Position numbers and translations under genes: made by a program
Notes under the pieces: model-generated
What the model saw: only the letters and a program-made list of their open reading frames with translations
Database searches by the model: none
Told to the model about the DNA's origin: nothing
In this document: one piece after another, positions 9,765 through 20,461 of the stretch
Numbering within the stretch: position 1 is the first letter of the stretch
Layout: every line of letters begins with the position of its first letter
Assembly (NCBI GenBank): GCA_965249485.1
Contig: OZ252239.1
Span: 1,856,001 to 1,920,000, forward strand
DNA length: 64,000 bases
Reading direction: 5' to 3'
Origin: a bacterium
GTDB taxonomy: Bacteria > SM23-31

Positions 9765-12084
9765 TTAGTTTCTTAGATAAATATATTCTGAATTAATTGC
9801 CATATCCTCTAAAGAAAAAGCATATGGTCTTGGTAATTTATTGTTCTGATGATTTTCGTAAAGTTCATAAGGTTCAAGTTCTTTATTTAAAAATAATACA
9901 GGATAAATATATTCAGCTTGTAAACTTTTGAATAAAGTTATTTCCTTTTTTGTAAATGAATCAGAAGTTTTAGAAAATATTAGATAGCATTTTAATCCTT
10001 TTGAAATGAATTTAGCTCTTATAGCTTTAAGATTTCTAATGTCCTTTTGATCTATGTTTCCTTTGTCACTTTTACATTCACCTATCCCGATTTCAATTTC
10101 CTCACCATTATGATAATTCATTACTACTAAATCTGTTTCACATTTATTACCAAATTCTGATGTTAAATCAAGAGCTGTTGAAAACATAAAGTTTGAAGAG
10201 TGAAAACGATGTTTAATTTGCAACAAGGTTAAAATTACGGGAATTGCTCCTTCTTGACTATTATCCAAAGCACAAAGCTTTGATTTCTTATATTTCCAAA
10301 TTTCAATTTCATATTTATTAAAATATTCTGTAATATACTGAGGTAAATAATGTTCAAAACCGCAATACCCACATTTCCAGTTTTCTAAAAATAATCGGTA
10401 TTTTAAATTTGATACTAATCCACATTGGTTGCATCTGAAGGATTTCTTTTTAAAAAAATGTAAAAAGTTGAATTTTAAACTAGGAGAAAATATTCGTTTT
10501 TTTATTAAGAAGTTCATCACATCATGAGGTGTTAATTCCGGATGATTACGCTGTTCAATATATAGGTTTTTAAATTGATTAAAGCGATTTAATCCGATTA
10601 TTTTCAATCCATTTTTATATTTAATAAGATCTTTACTCGATATATTGTTAATTAACTCTCTAACTCCACTTATTTTAAAGACTCTACATGCTTCAAGTGG
10701 TTCATTTTCACGCATTTGTTTTATTATCTAGTAGGCAATCCTACCAGCTTGACTAATTCTTGCTTGGATGGCGACATAATCAAATATTTTTTTTATAAGT
10801 TTCAAATTGGGGATAGGATATAAATTTATTACATTATTAGAGACTTCTTGTATTAGACCAATTCCTTCTTTCTGGATTCTTAATTTCCATGGATCAAATA
10901 GTAATTGTCTGCTGAAAAATTCATTCAATTCCGGAATAAATGGTAACTTCAAAGTAAACTCTGGATATTCAAATTCAGTAATCGGATTAACATTAACAAC
11001 CATATTTTGTGACGGAAGATCATTATTATCATTTATTACGGATTTTTCTGGAAGAGCTATAGAAACAGTATAGCTATCTTTTCGGTAGTCGACATTTCCC
11101 AAAACTTGTGCATAATCAAGGTGATAATCAGAAGGTATAACATTTAATCCATTCCATGTAATTTTATCAATACGACTATAAACCTTTTCTTTATTTGTTT
11201 TAAAGTGCTTCAATTGTTTTTTTAGCATCATCGCTATCTTGAGAATATATAAAAATAAGATCATCAACATTCGGACTTCGATTAGGCAAATTATCGAACT
11301 CTAATAAATGTTGGTTTAAGAAATCGTTTAATCTGTTAGTATCACTTGGTAAAAATTGTATATCCATTCCTGAAGCTCTTAGATTCCAAAAATTAATCAT
11401 ATCATCATAATTATTTGACAAACCAACATACACACCAAATTCCTTGAATTTTCTATATAAATTTAGTCTATCTCGCGTCAAAACCAATGGATAAATATTT
11501 TGAATAAGCTTACTATTTACCTTTTCATTATTCTTGATACGGATTTTTTTTGCTTTCAATCCCCTATAATATGATGAATGATATTCATATTTGTAATCCT
11601 TTTCTTTTGTGAGTAATCCAAATATAATAGATAAGAGATCGGCCAAACCATCTTTTTTGCTCCAATCAACTATCACACAATTACTCCTATAGGATTTAGT
11701 TTTATTTTTAAATTCTTTACTCCAGTAGTAATTAACTATATTAATAATATCTAAATAACCTGAAACCTGCTTTTTAGTATTCCAATCTTCATGGAATATT
11801 TTCCTATTATGAAAGTTAGGAGAATTCAAAAATTCGTATTCATTTGCGAACTCTATTAATGCTGAATCATTGCTAATGGGGTGCAATATATCTACATTAA
11901 ACAGTTTTATTAGTTGCTTGGTAAACTCCCTGTCTTTGGATAAAGGTATAATTGGATTATAGATTCCTCCCCAGAGAATAGTATTAATCTCGACCGATTT
12001 AATAATTTCTTCAATTTCTCCATCTCGGATTAGGAATCCTATTCTAACGGGTCTATATTTAGTAGAAATACTTGAAGTTGCCAT
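9765..12084 (-). pseudogene. Large (~770 aa) hypothetical protein with Zn ribbon and C-terminal PD-(D/E)xK-like nuclease, split by one frameshift and one in-frame TAG
   Basis: Three consecutive ORFs join: frameshift near the A7 run at ~11200-11223; TAG at 10728-10730 in frame with the downstream ORF (AGRIAY*IIKQMRE); CNQC/CGYC and ETDLVV...IGECKS motifs. Confidence 0.7.
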
Positions 12085-12317
12085 AAAAAATTAATCTCTT
12101 GGTAATATCTAAATTATTTGTTCATCAGTATTATTTAATTATTTATATTGTATTTCAAATTGATCTTTTCCTTAATTCAAGCGGAGCATGTCCCTTCGAA
12201 ACCGGCACCGGCTGTATCTGTATGCCTGACAGAACATGCTGTAGATGTTCTTTTGTAATACATTAAAGAAGCAGACAATTTTTATCAGCCGTGAGCAAGT
12301 TTAACCCGGATATATCC

Positions 12318-12413
12318 CTAATCCATTACTTTAATTCTTGCTTTCTATTGTTCATATAGTCCAGCCATTTCCCTGACTTTATCCGGGTGCATTTCTGCAA
12401 TATTGCTATCTTC
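12318..12413 (-). pseudogene. Remnant of a sulfatase C-terminus
   Basis: Minus strand reads EDSNIAEMHPDKVREMAGLYEQ*KARIKVMD*, like the NLA..HPEKV..M...Y..W tail of sulfatases, with TAG at the Trp position. Confidence 0.5.
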
Positions 12414-12540
12414 CAAAAACAGGCGATGCAATCTATGAATTCTATTACTTACGGATTCCGGAGTAGCTTGTGGTTTTCATTGAAATGTGCACAAATTGCA
12501 AATAATCTTTACGACAATGTTTATACCACACGCACAATCA

Positions 12541-13566
12541 TTAGATGCCCAAAACTTCCTTTGATATATGCATACTGACCCAGACATGAGGTATGTCCAC
12601 GACTTCTGTTATCTGCAAATCTCCCGCCACCGAGCAGAGCAGGTACGCATCGATACGATTCAGGTCATGTTCTTCTACAAGATAATCAATCATGTAGCGG
12701 GATACCTTTTTTACGGCTTCATCAAGCGTTGTTGCATGCGCACCAACCGCATAAAACTGGTCGGTCTCGTAATGGGGCTCCTGAATAGGTTTTTTCCCTT
12801 TGATCACTTCTATTTCGTATACGACGCTGACTGCTGTTTCAATGGCTGTCCCGCAAATCTCGCCCAAACCCTGAGCGGCATGCGCGTCTCCGGTCGAAAA
12901 GAGCGCACCCTCGACAGAAACAGGCAAATATACCGTTGTCCCGGCAGTGTAATATGGATTATCCATATTCCCGCCGTGCGAACGGGGATCAATAGCCGTG
13001 CGTAACGTATCATTGTCCGGGGCAACACCCATTACTCCAAGAAAGGGTTTGATGGGGATAGTAATTTTATCGGTAAAGTGCACTACTTCAGAATATTTGT
13101 CAATCGGGAATAACTTGAGATATGGATCGGGGAATTCATCCGCAAAAAGTCCAAAACCGGGGATATTCGACGTCCAACCAAAATCATTGATCTCAATGTC
13201 GTGAATGGTGACCGCTAAGATATCACCGGGTTCGGCACCCTCCACATATACCGGGCCGGTAAACCAGAATTTAAAATATTCTTCGATTTTGCTCGCGCCA
13301 TCCGGGTCGGCTTCAATTACCTCGAGTTCTTCACTGTGTCCTATTGTGTACGCCTCTATGATCGAACCCGACGGAACCGTTAACACCGGAGGGGTATCCC
13401 TGCTAAAGAGAGCATGTGACTGATCACCGGTGAGGGTATATTCAGGCTCAGGGATGTTTGCATTGCCGGAGTCAACATTATACTGATCCGTGCAGTATAG
13501 TGAAAAAACAAAGGTCCCTGTTAGTATTGATAGTATAAAATATTTGGATAGTACGCTGCTTTTCAT
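12541..13566 (-). CDS. Acetamidase/formamidase-family protein, probable lipoprotein (copy 1)
   Basis: TGPVYVEGAEPGD, GGNMD, GDAHAAQGLGE; N-terminal hydrophobic signal ending in Cys. Confidence 0.9.
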   Translation of the reverse strand: MKSSVLSKYFILSILTGTFVFSLYCTDQYNVDSGNANIPEPEYTLTGDQSHALFSRDTPPVLTVPSGSIIEAYTIGHSEELEVIEADPDGASKIEEYFKFWFTGPVYVEGAEPGDILAVTIHDIEINDFGWTSNIPGFGLFADEFPDPYLKLFPIDKYSEVVHFTDKITIPIKPFLGVMGVAPDNDTLRTAIDPRSHGGNMDNPYYTAGTTVYLPVSVEGALFSTGDAHAAQGLGEICGTAIETAVSVVYEIEVIKGKKPIQEPHYETDQFYAVGAHATTLDEAVKKVSRYMIDYLVEEHDLNRIDAYLLCSVAGDLQITEVVDIPHVWVSMHISKEVLGI

Positions 13567-13590
13567 TTCCTGCTTCCATAAATAATGCTA

Positions 13591-15246
13591 TTAAGTGATC
13601 CGGAAATCTGCCTGGACTTCCGGGCTTTCTATATAACCGATACGTATTGCCCGTACTCTGAGTGTGGCGCTCTTCGTCAGCTTGATCTTTTTGGAGTAGA
13701 GGAGCCAGTGAGGAGTTTCTCCGGATTCAGTCGTGTATGCTATCGAGGCGCCCTCGGTCGGACAGGATAGGGACACAGTTACAGAACCTTTGGACGTGGA
13801 ACCATCCGGACTGATCGCCGGTTTATCGGTTACGTATTGAATACCTCCGGGCTCATACATTTCGATGAGTTCTTCCTCCGGAATATGTCCGAGATCTTTG
13901 ATCTCTTCCATCCAGTTGGTGAGAACGAGACGCATACGCTCTAGATCATCCTTGTAGTTCGGGTCGTCAGCAAGATTGTTGACTTCATGCGGGTCAGCCT
14001 GTATGTCGTATAGTTCTTCGACGGGCTTCGTCTCCTGAAAGAACAGTTTCTGCGGTCCAACAAGCTTGTCTTCGGCCGCAAGGCGCCGCCATTCCTGCAT
14101 TGTCGGCATCCTGTCCATCCATTCTATGGGCTGCGCATAGGGCTTCTCAGGTTGAAAGTTGCGGATGTATTTGAACTGTTTATCCCGCACACAACGGATC
14201 ATGTCAACCGCCTCATCCATACGGTCGCGGTGGGCAAAGATATATTCGCGGGGCCCGGCTTTCTGCTCCCCGAGGAAAGCCTGTCCCTGCATATACGAAG
14301 GAACCTCCACATCCGCAATCGAAAGCACGGTTGCTCCAAAGTCGATAGAACTTACGAGCTCATCGGAGACAGAACCTGGTTCGATGACACCCGGCCACCG
14401 GATCATCAGGGGAATATGGATCCCCGAATCGTAGATCCAGCGTTTCGCACGTGGCAATCCTCGCCCGTGGTCACTCCAGAAAAAGACGACAGTGTTCTCA
14501 GCAAGACCGTCTTCTTCAAGCTGGGCAAGAAGATCGCCGACCTGTTTGTCCAATGTTTCGATGTTGTCGAGATACCGCGCCCAGTCTCTGCGAACTACCG
14601 GTGTATCGGGGTAATACGGGGGAATTGTTACGCTGTTGGGGTCTATTATCGGGTCCCTTTCAAGAGGTTGACGAATATTGCCTTCATGGGATACGCTATG
14701 ATTGATAACACTGAAGAACGGTTGTCCCGGCGCTCTTCCTTTCCAATGACCATGATCTCCTCTTACTCTATCCCATGCTGTTATCGGCGTTTTGAACTGG
14801 TACTCCTGCTTACCTCTATTAACACAGTAATATCCCGCGGCGCGCAGGAATTCGGTAAAACATTTGACATACGGCGGCGTAATAACATCGTAATCAATAT
14901 GCTGTATGGATGGAGTCGGATTAATATTTGTCGCCATGTGCTGTGACCCGATCGATGGCGGGTACATGCAGGTTATAATCCCGGAACGGTTGGGACAGCA
15001 GACCGGTGAGACGGTAAACGCGTTGGTAAACCTAACCCCTTCTGCCGCGAACCGGTCAAGATTTGGAGTGGAGAGTTCGTTGTTCCCGTAGCATCCAAGA
15101 TCAGGACTGATGTCTTCGCAGCTTATCCAGAGAATGTTGGGTCTATCTTCCGCGATTCTTTCCATGGTGCAGCGGGGCAGAGCCATCGTTGCTAAACCCG
15201 CACCCATTAATTCCATAAATTCCCGGCGTTTAATTGTACGTGGCAT
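13591..15246 (-). CDS. Formylglycine-dependent sulfatase, Tat-exported (copy 2)
   Basis: KRREF, CCPNR; clear paralog of 6331-8016; ATG at 15246 with AAGGAG RBS. Confidence 0.92.
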   Translation of the reverse strand: MPRTIKRREFMELMGAGLATMALPRCTMERIAEDRPNILWISCEDISPDLGCYGNNELSTPNLDRFAAEGVRFTNAFTVSPVCCPNRSGIITCMYPPSIGSQHMATNINPTPSIQHIDYDVITPPYVKCFTEFLRAAGYYCVNRGKQEYQFKTPITAWDRVRGDHGHWKGRAPGQPFFSVINHSVSHEGNIRQPLERDPIIDPNSVTIPPYYPDTPVVRRDWARYLDNIETLDKQVGDLLAQLEEDGLAENTVVFFWSDHGRGLPRAKRWIYDSGIHIPLMIRWPGVIEPGSVSDELVSSIDFGATVLSIADVEVPSYMQGQAFLGEQKAGPREYIFAHRDRMDEAVDMIRCVRDKQFKYIRNFQPEKPYAQPIEWMDRMPTMQEWRRLAAEDKLVGPQKLFFQETKPVEELYDIQADPHEVNNLADDPNYKDDLERMRLVLTNWMEEIKDLGHIPEEELIEMYEPGGIQYVTDKPAISPDGSTSKGSVTVSLSCPTEGASIAYTTESGETPHWLLYSKKIKLTKSATLRVRAIRIGYIESPEVQADFRIT

Positions 15247-15636
15247 TGTTATACTCCTTAATTTATTATAAACTGATAATCCATTTATCAATTAAAATCA
15301 GAATTCTCATGCAGCTTGTTGTCATTCCGGAAACATGTGATGCAATCTGTGAAGGAGGTTACTAATGGGTCTGGAAATAGTTAAGGGTTTTTATTTTTAA
15401 AAGCAATATAATTAATGATGCACCACTCAGCAATTACCTTTATAGTATTTTAATAGAGGAGGTGGATGAGGTTGTGGTGGAGAGTTTGGCTTTTTCACTG
15501 AAGTGAGTATGAAAAATGGAGATACGTTTCACGTGCAAGAGTCTCGCGAACAGGTGATTGAATTGGCGTCTTGAAAATTCCTTAACTAAAGAATACAATC
15601 ATATTCTATACTACCATGATACCATACGCACAATAA

Positions 15637-16662
15637 TTATATGCCCAAAACTTCCTTTGACATATGCATACTGACCCACACATGAGGTATATCCACGACT
15701 TCTGTTATCTGCAAATCTCCCGCTACCGAGCAGAGCAGGTACGCATCGATTCGGCTCAGGCCATGCTCCTCTACTAGATAATCAATCATATAGCGGGATG
15801 CCTTTTTTACGGCCTCGTCAAGCGTGGTCGCATGCGCACCAACCGCATAAAACTGGTCGGTCTCGTAATGGGGCTCCTGAATAGGTTTTTTCCCTTTGAT
15901 CACTTCTATTTCGTATACGACGCGGACTGCTGTTTCAATGGCTGTCCCGCAGATCTCGCCCAATCCTTGAGCGGCATGTGCGTCTCCGGTCGAAAAGAGC
16001 GCACCCTCGACAGAAACAGGCAAATATACCGTTGTCCCGGCAGTGTAATATGGATTATCCATGTTCCCGCCGTGCGAACGGGGATCAATAGCCGTGCGTA
16101 ACGTATCAGTGTCCGGGGCAACGCCCATTACTCCGAGAAAAGGATTGAGGGGGATAGTGATTTTGTCGGTAAAGTGCGCTACTTCAGAATATTTGTCAAT
16201 CGGGAATAACTTGAGATACGGATCGGGGAATTCATCCGCTAATAGTCCAAAACCGGGGATATTCGACGTCCATCCGAAATCATTGATCTCAATGTCGTGA
16301 ATGGTGACCGCCAAGATGTCACCGGGTTCGGCACCTTCCACATATACCGGTCCGGTAAACCAGAATTTAAAATATTCTCCGATTTTGCTCGCGCCGTCCG
16401 GGTCCGCTTCAATGACCTCGAACTCTTCACTGTGTTCTGTTGTGTACGCCTCTATGATCGAACCCGACGGAACCGTTAACACCGGGGGAGTATCCCTGCT
16501 AAAGAGGGCATGAGCCTGGTCACCGGTGAGGGTATATTCGGGTTCCGGGATGTTTGCAGTGCCGGAGCTGGCATTATAGCTTTCCGTGCAGTATATTGAA
16601 AAAACCAATGTCCCTGTTAGTATTGACAGTATAAAATATTTGGATAGTACGCTGTTGTTCAT
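15637..16662 (-). CDS. Acetamidase/formamidase-family protein (copy 2)
   Basis: About 24 differences in 341 aa (~93% identity, counted by eye) versus 12541-13566. Confidence 0.9.
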   Translation of the reverse strand: MNNSVLSKYFILSILTGTLVFSIYCTESYNASSGTANIPEPEYTLTGDQAHALFSRDTPPVLTVPSGSIIEAYTTEHSEEFEVIEADPDGASKIGEYFKFWFTGPVYVEGAEPGDILAVTIHDIEINDFGWTSNIPGFGLLADEFPDPYLKLFPIDKYSEVAHFTDKITIPLNPFLGVMGVAPDTDTLRTAIDPRSHGGNMDNPYYTAGTTVYLPVSVEGALFSTGDAHAAQGLGEICGTAIETAVRVVYEIEVIKGKKPIQEPHYETDQFYAVGAHATTLDEAVKKASRYMIDYLVEEHGLSRIDAYLLCSVAGDLQITEVVDIPHVWVSMHMSKEVLGI

Positions 16663-16752
16663 TTCCTGCCTCCATACATATGATTATCAGGTTTTTCAAC
16701 AAACTTACCATTTTTCCGGAAACATGCAATATAATCTGTGAAAGATGTTGCT

Positions 16753-17672
16753 TTACTTATATTCTTTTATGAGATGATATGATGTCCAGCCCTGTACACC
16801 GGATTGTGTTTCGACGAGAACACCCACTCCAATGTGCTTTACAAGTTTGACTTTGTCGCCGTGGTTAACTTTGCCAGCAACACCCTTACCTAATGGATTA
16901 TTAAGGTCAACCCATAGCGGAACTTCTTCAGTCAGGATGTCATTATTGGCACTATATCCGTCAATGGTTAGAGTTTTTTCCGGTGTGGGATTATCCGTAT
17001 CAGTTTTCTCAGAATTTTCGATATTACTCAAATGAACATATCCCAATTCATTGGGCCTGATGAATATATAAACTTTGTCGTTCTCTATATATTCGTATTT
17101 TATGCTCGTGCTATTCATGTAACGAAATTGCGATGTGCCTTCCTTATCAAAAACTTCAACCGATTTCTGACTTTGACCAGGTGAGTGTAACGTTGCCCAA
17201 CCACCGCTTGTTGCACCGGTTGACGTCTCGTTAAAAGCGTCATATACGAAGTAACCCATAATGAGAACAATACAAAAAGACACGCTTAAAAATATTTTGT
17301 TCTCCTTTTTTTCTGTTGCTTTTGTTCATCCGTTTCCGGTTCAACTACGACATAGTTTGTTTCGGATTCATTTTCTTTTTCGGATTCGGGTGTGGAAATA
17401 ATCGCTCCACAATACCGGCACTTTTTTGCTTCCATTATTATCATTTCCGCACATTCGGGGCATTTCATTCGTTTTTCTTTTTTGGTTTTCATTTTGTGGA
17501 GAATCTGTCCTAAACCTGCCACGATTAAACCGGGAAGAACAAAAGAGAGCATGTTGAAGATTACGCCAAGATTTCTTGCTTGCTCACTCATTTCGTGACC
17601 CCTCATGCCCCATATATTTCCAATTCCTATTAGTGCCCAACCAAGACCGACTATTAAAAGAAGTATTCGCAT
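16753..17672 (-). pseudogene. Zinc-ribbon membrane protein with C-terminal SH3-like domain, frameshifted
   Basis: Two TM helices, CPECAE..AKKCRYCG; adding one A to the A7 run at ~17306-17312 fuses the two ORFs (..KKENKIFLSVSFCIVLIM..); C-terminus GDKVKLV..GVLVETQSGVQGW. Confidence 0.6.
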
Positions 17673-17887
17673 TTTATTCCCCTTGATGCTTGTTGCTGCT
17701 TGCGTTTAAAACGAAACCTTGCGTTCAGCAAGGATATTTTGTGTGAGGCATTTTTTGTGGGATTTTTGTCTTGAAATTCAGCCAGTGATTTAGCTCACTC
17801 GATCGTTTCTTGAGTGATATGAAGAGGTCGCCATACTACAGAGTGTTATTCGTCTGTTTATCTATCTTCATTTAAGCGTCTAATTTA

Positions 17888-18472
17888 TTACTTTTTAGAA
17901 TTTATCCAGGCCGTTACGTTTCTCAAATTGCTTATAACTTTATCATTCAAAGCTACATGTGTTAAGATAGCTTGATTTTTCCCCAATGATTCTGCTCTTT
18001 TCTCATGATCCCAAATACCATGTTCTATTTCAAATGCTAAAATATGTGAGTCAGTAAATCGATGAAGATATTTAACATTGGGAGGGAAAAAAGATATGTG
18101 GCCTAATCCTGATATGATTAACACTTCATTGATTAACACTTCATTATATTCAAATGTAGCTAACCAGACATATGCAAGTGTTCTACCGTACTTGTCTTTT
18201 TTTTCATTATCGAATTCCAACCGTACAGATTTTCCTACCATCTTTTTTCTCATAAACTCAAAGGCTTCTTTCCCATAATATTCTTCGGGCTCTTTTGCAT
18301 TACCTGTTTCGGGTGTGTCAACTCCGATCAGCCGTATAATTTCCCCATTATCAATCTCGAATGTATCGCCGTCGATTACCCGGGTAACGGTATGGATTTC
18401 CTGGGCATATAACCATGAAGAAGATAATAACAAAGCAATCGATATTGAGATTATTCGCTTATTGAAATTCAT
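17888..18472 (-). CDS. Secreted thermonuclease (SNase family)
   Basis: Signal peptide; VTRVIDGDT, IRLIGVDTPE, DKYGRTLAYV; GAGG RBS before ATG 18472. Confidence 0.9.
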   Translation of the reverse strand: MNFNKRIISISIALLLSSSWLYAQEIHTVTRVIDGDTFEIDNGEIIRLIGVDTPETGNAKEPEEYYGKEAFEFMRKKMVGKSVRLEFDNEKKDKYGRTLAYVWLATFEYNEVLINEVLIISGLGHISFFPPNVKYLHRFTDSHILAFEIEHGIWDHEKRAESLGKNQAILTHVALNDKVISNLRNVTAWINSKK

Positions 18473-18479
18473 ATATTCC

Positions 18480-19038
18480 TCAATTTTTTGGATTTGCCGC
18501 GAGATAATCGTATACAAATTCATCAATAGTTTTTTTGATTGTATCTCTTGTTTGGGAAACAATAAGTGCTGATCTCGCATACCCTAAAAAAGATGTTATC
18601 CACGTTGTTACAACTACCGCTCTTTCAGTAGAACCAGGAATAAAATAAATGTTGAAGATTTCGTCTTTTACTAATTCTGCAATTGCATCTATTTGAACTT
18701 CAATGCTATACATATACCGAGATTCAGTTGGTTTCATAACAATTACAGAAACTTTTAAATCGGGATATAGGAGAGATTCCGGATATTCTATTTTATCCCA
18801 TTCATCTTCACTTATTAAAGGAATTCCAGCTATTCGCAGTTTTGATTCTATATCAGTTAGAATTTGATTTTCTTTTAATCCTTTCTTGTTCTAAAAAATC
18901 CCGTGCATGATCGCTATAAACAACATCAAGATAAAATGCCCTGTAGCCTTTGAGAGATATGAATTGGATTGGATTTTGAGCAAATAAATAATCTCCCGAA
19001 TAAAAAAACAACAAAACTAACAACAAACAACGTATCAT
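18480..19038 (-). pseudogene. Secreted hypothetical protein, frameshifted
   Basis: AGGAGG RBS and signal peptide; removing one base near 18880-18885 gives continuous ..EQEGLKENQILTDIESKLRIAG..MKPTESRY..DYLAANPKN. Confidence 0.6.
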
Positions 19039-19324
19039 TGCAAACCTCCTCATTTTCTCCATTGATTCCACTGTTCAACACCTTTTTTCAGAATCGCTAA
19101 ATGTTCAGGATTCGCCATGAAAGAGCCTCGTTACTTTACTTTTATTGTTCGATTTTTTACCGTACTACATACCATAGGCACACCAAATCAGGGGAGAGCT
19201 GTCATTTTTCACACAACAATAATCTGTGGGATTGGTTCTCAACTTAACAGTTTGGGCGGGGATCTGTGGAACATTGTTCACGGGTACTCATTCAACGAGG
19301 ATCCTGGTCGGTGTACTGCTGTCA

Positions 19325-20095
19325 TCAAACTTTTTTGTACACACCTACGACTTTGTGAATAAACACGAATTCTTTTATGTTATACTTCCGATTGTTTAAT
19401 CCGTCTATATCAGTAAAGTCTTTATTGTCCGGTTCGAGATAGACCGTCGTGCTGACCTGCCGGAATCGTTTAACACCGGCATTGCCGCTTTTGAGCCTGA
19501 ATACCACGATCGAGTTGTTGTGAAGTTCAGTAGAGGGGGAGACTATGACATAGTCGCCTTCGTTGAGGGTGGGTACCATGGAGTCCCCCGTAACTACCAA
19601 CGCATATGCGCTTTGGTCCTTAATATTAGCCATGACGTATTCCTCCGCGTAACGTACCGGGAAATCTTGGTCTGTAAAATCGACCACGTCACCAGCCGGG
19701 ATTCTATTGAGGACAGGGACCTTCCGGGTAAATACGGGGCTTAATTCCTTACCCCAATCTTGCCCGGAATCATGAACGGAAGAAATCCTACTACTATATT
19801 TAACGGTATCTGTTTTAGAATGTTCGCTAGTAGTATGATTGTCATGTGTGCGATGAGCATCATTGTGGTAAAGATCGTTGGTTGAAACACCGAAGGTGGT
19901 TGCTATTTTGTATAACGTTTGGGTGTGAATATTTTTTCGATCTTTACCGCGCCTATCCTTACCAGCTTCAATGAATAATAGGTTGGAATAATCAACGCCG
20001 GATAAATCTGATAGCTTTTTGAGCGATAGACCTTGGGCACTTCTCAGCATTTTGATCGTAGTGCCAATTTTTTTTACATCCATAAGATTAGTCAT
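19325..20095 (-). CDS. CI/LexA-like repressor (XRE HTH + S24 peptidase)
   Basis: N-terminal HTH; IPAG cleavage site, GDSM catalytic Ser, VKRF catalytic Lys. Confidence 0.9.
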   Translation of the reverse strand: MTNLMDVKKIGTTIKMLRSAQGLSLKKLSDLSGVDYSNLLFIEAGKDRRGKDRKNIHTQTLYKIATTFGVSTNDLYHNDAHRTHDNHTTSEHSKTDTVKYSSRISSVHDSGQDWGKELSPVFTRKVPVLNRIPAGDVVDFTDQDFPVRYAEEYVMANIKDQSAYALVVTGDSMVPTLNEGDYVIVSPSTELHNNSIVVFRLKSGNAGVKRFRQVSTTVYLEPDNKDFTDIDGLNNRKYNIKEFVFIHKVVGVYKKV

Positions 20096-20236
20096 AACAA
20101 TATTTTACATTATTATACAATAAATATATGTAAATTAATGTATTTTTTACTTGACAAGTGTTGTATATTAATAATAAAATTATTGATACGTAATTAATTA
20201 TACAATTTAAACAGGCAAAAATCAATAGGTAATTGC
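20096..20236. promoter_or_regulatory. Divergent cI/cro control region
   Basis: TTGACA (20151)-18 nt-TAAAAT (20175); ATTATACAAT twice (~20112, ~20197) and inverted TTGTATA (20161) as candidate operators. Confidence 0.6.
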
Positions 20237-20461
20237 ATGACAAATAACAAATTAAAAGCAAAGATTATCGAAACGTTCGGTTCCCAGGCAAATTTTGCTC
20301 AGGAGTTGGGAGTTTTCGAACCGGTGATTTCCCGTGTTATTCGTGGCAGAGTACAGCTCCCTGACAATCAAAAAATCCGCTGGGCAGCGTTGCTTGATTG
20401 TAAGCCGACCGATATATTCAATAATGAAAGTGAAACAACCAAAGAGGTCGTCAATGCATAA
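20237..20461 (+). CDS. Cro-like small HTH protein
   Basis: 74 aa, SQANFAQELGVFEPVISRVIRG; divergent from the repressor. Confidence 0.8.
   Translation: MTNNKLKAKIIETFGSQANFAQELGVFEPVISRVIRGRVQLPDNQKIRWAALLDCKPTDIFNNESETTKEVVNA

Noticed and set aside
12181..12226. GCGGAG...TTCGAAACC as a tRNA-derived att site or fifth repeat copy
   Set aside because: The match is too short and degenerate, and it does not match tRNA-Phe.
15365..15574. Decayed small plus-strand gene (..MKNGDTFHVQESREQVIELAS*, FlbD-like)
   Set aside because: Needs at least two frameshifts, and the similarity is too weak to support without a search.
17300..17320. Programmed -1 ribosomal frameshift
   Set aside because: Codon phasing (CAG AAA AAA AGG) is not a canonical X XXY YYZ site, and similar indels are scattered through the window.
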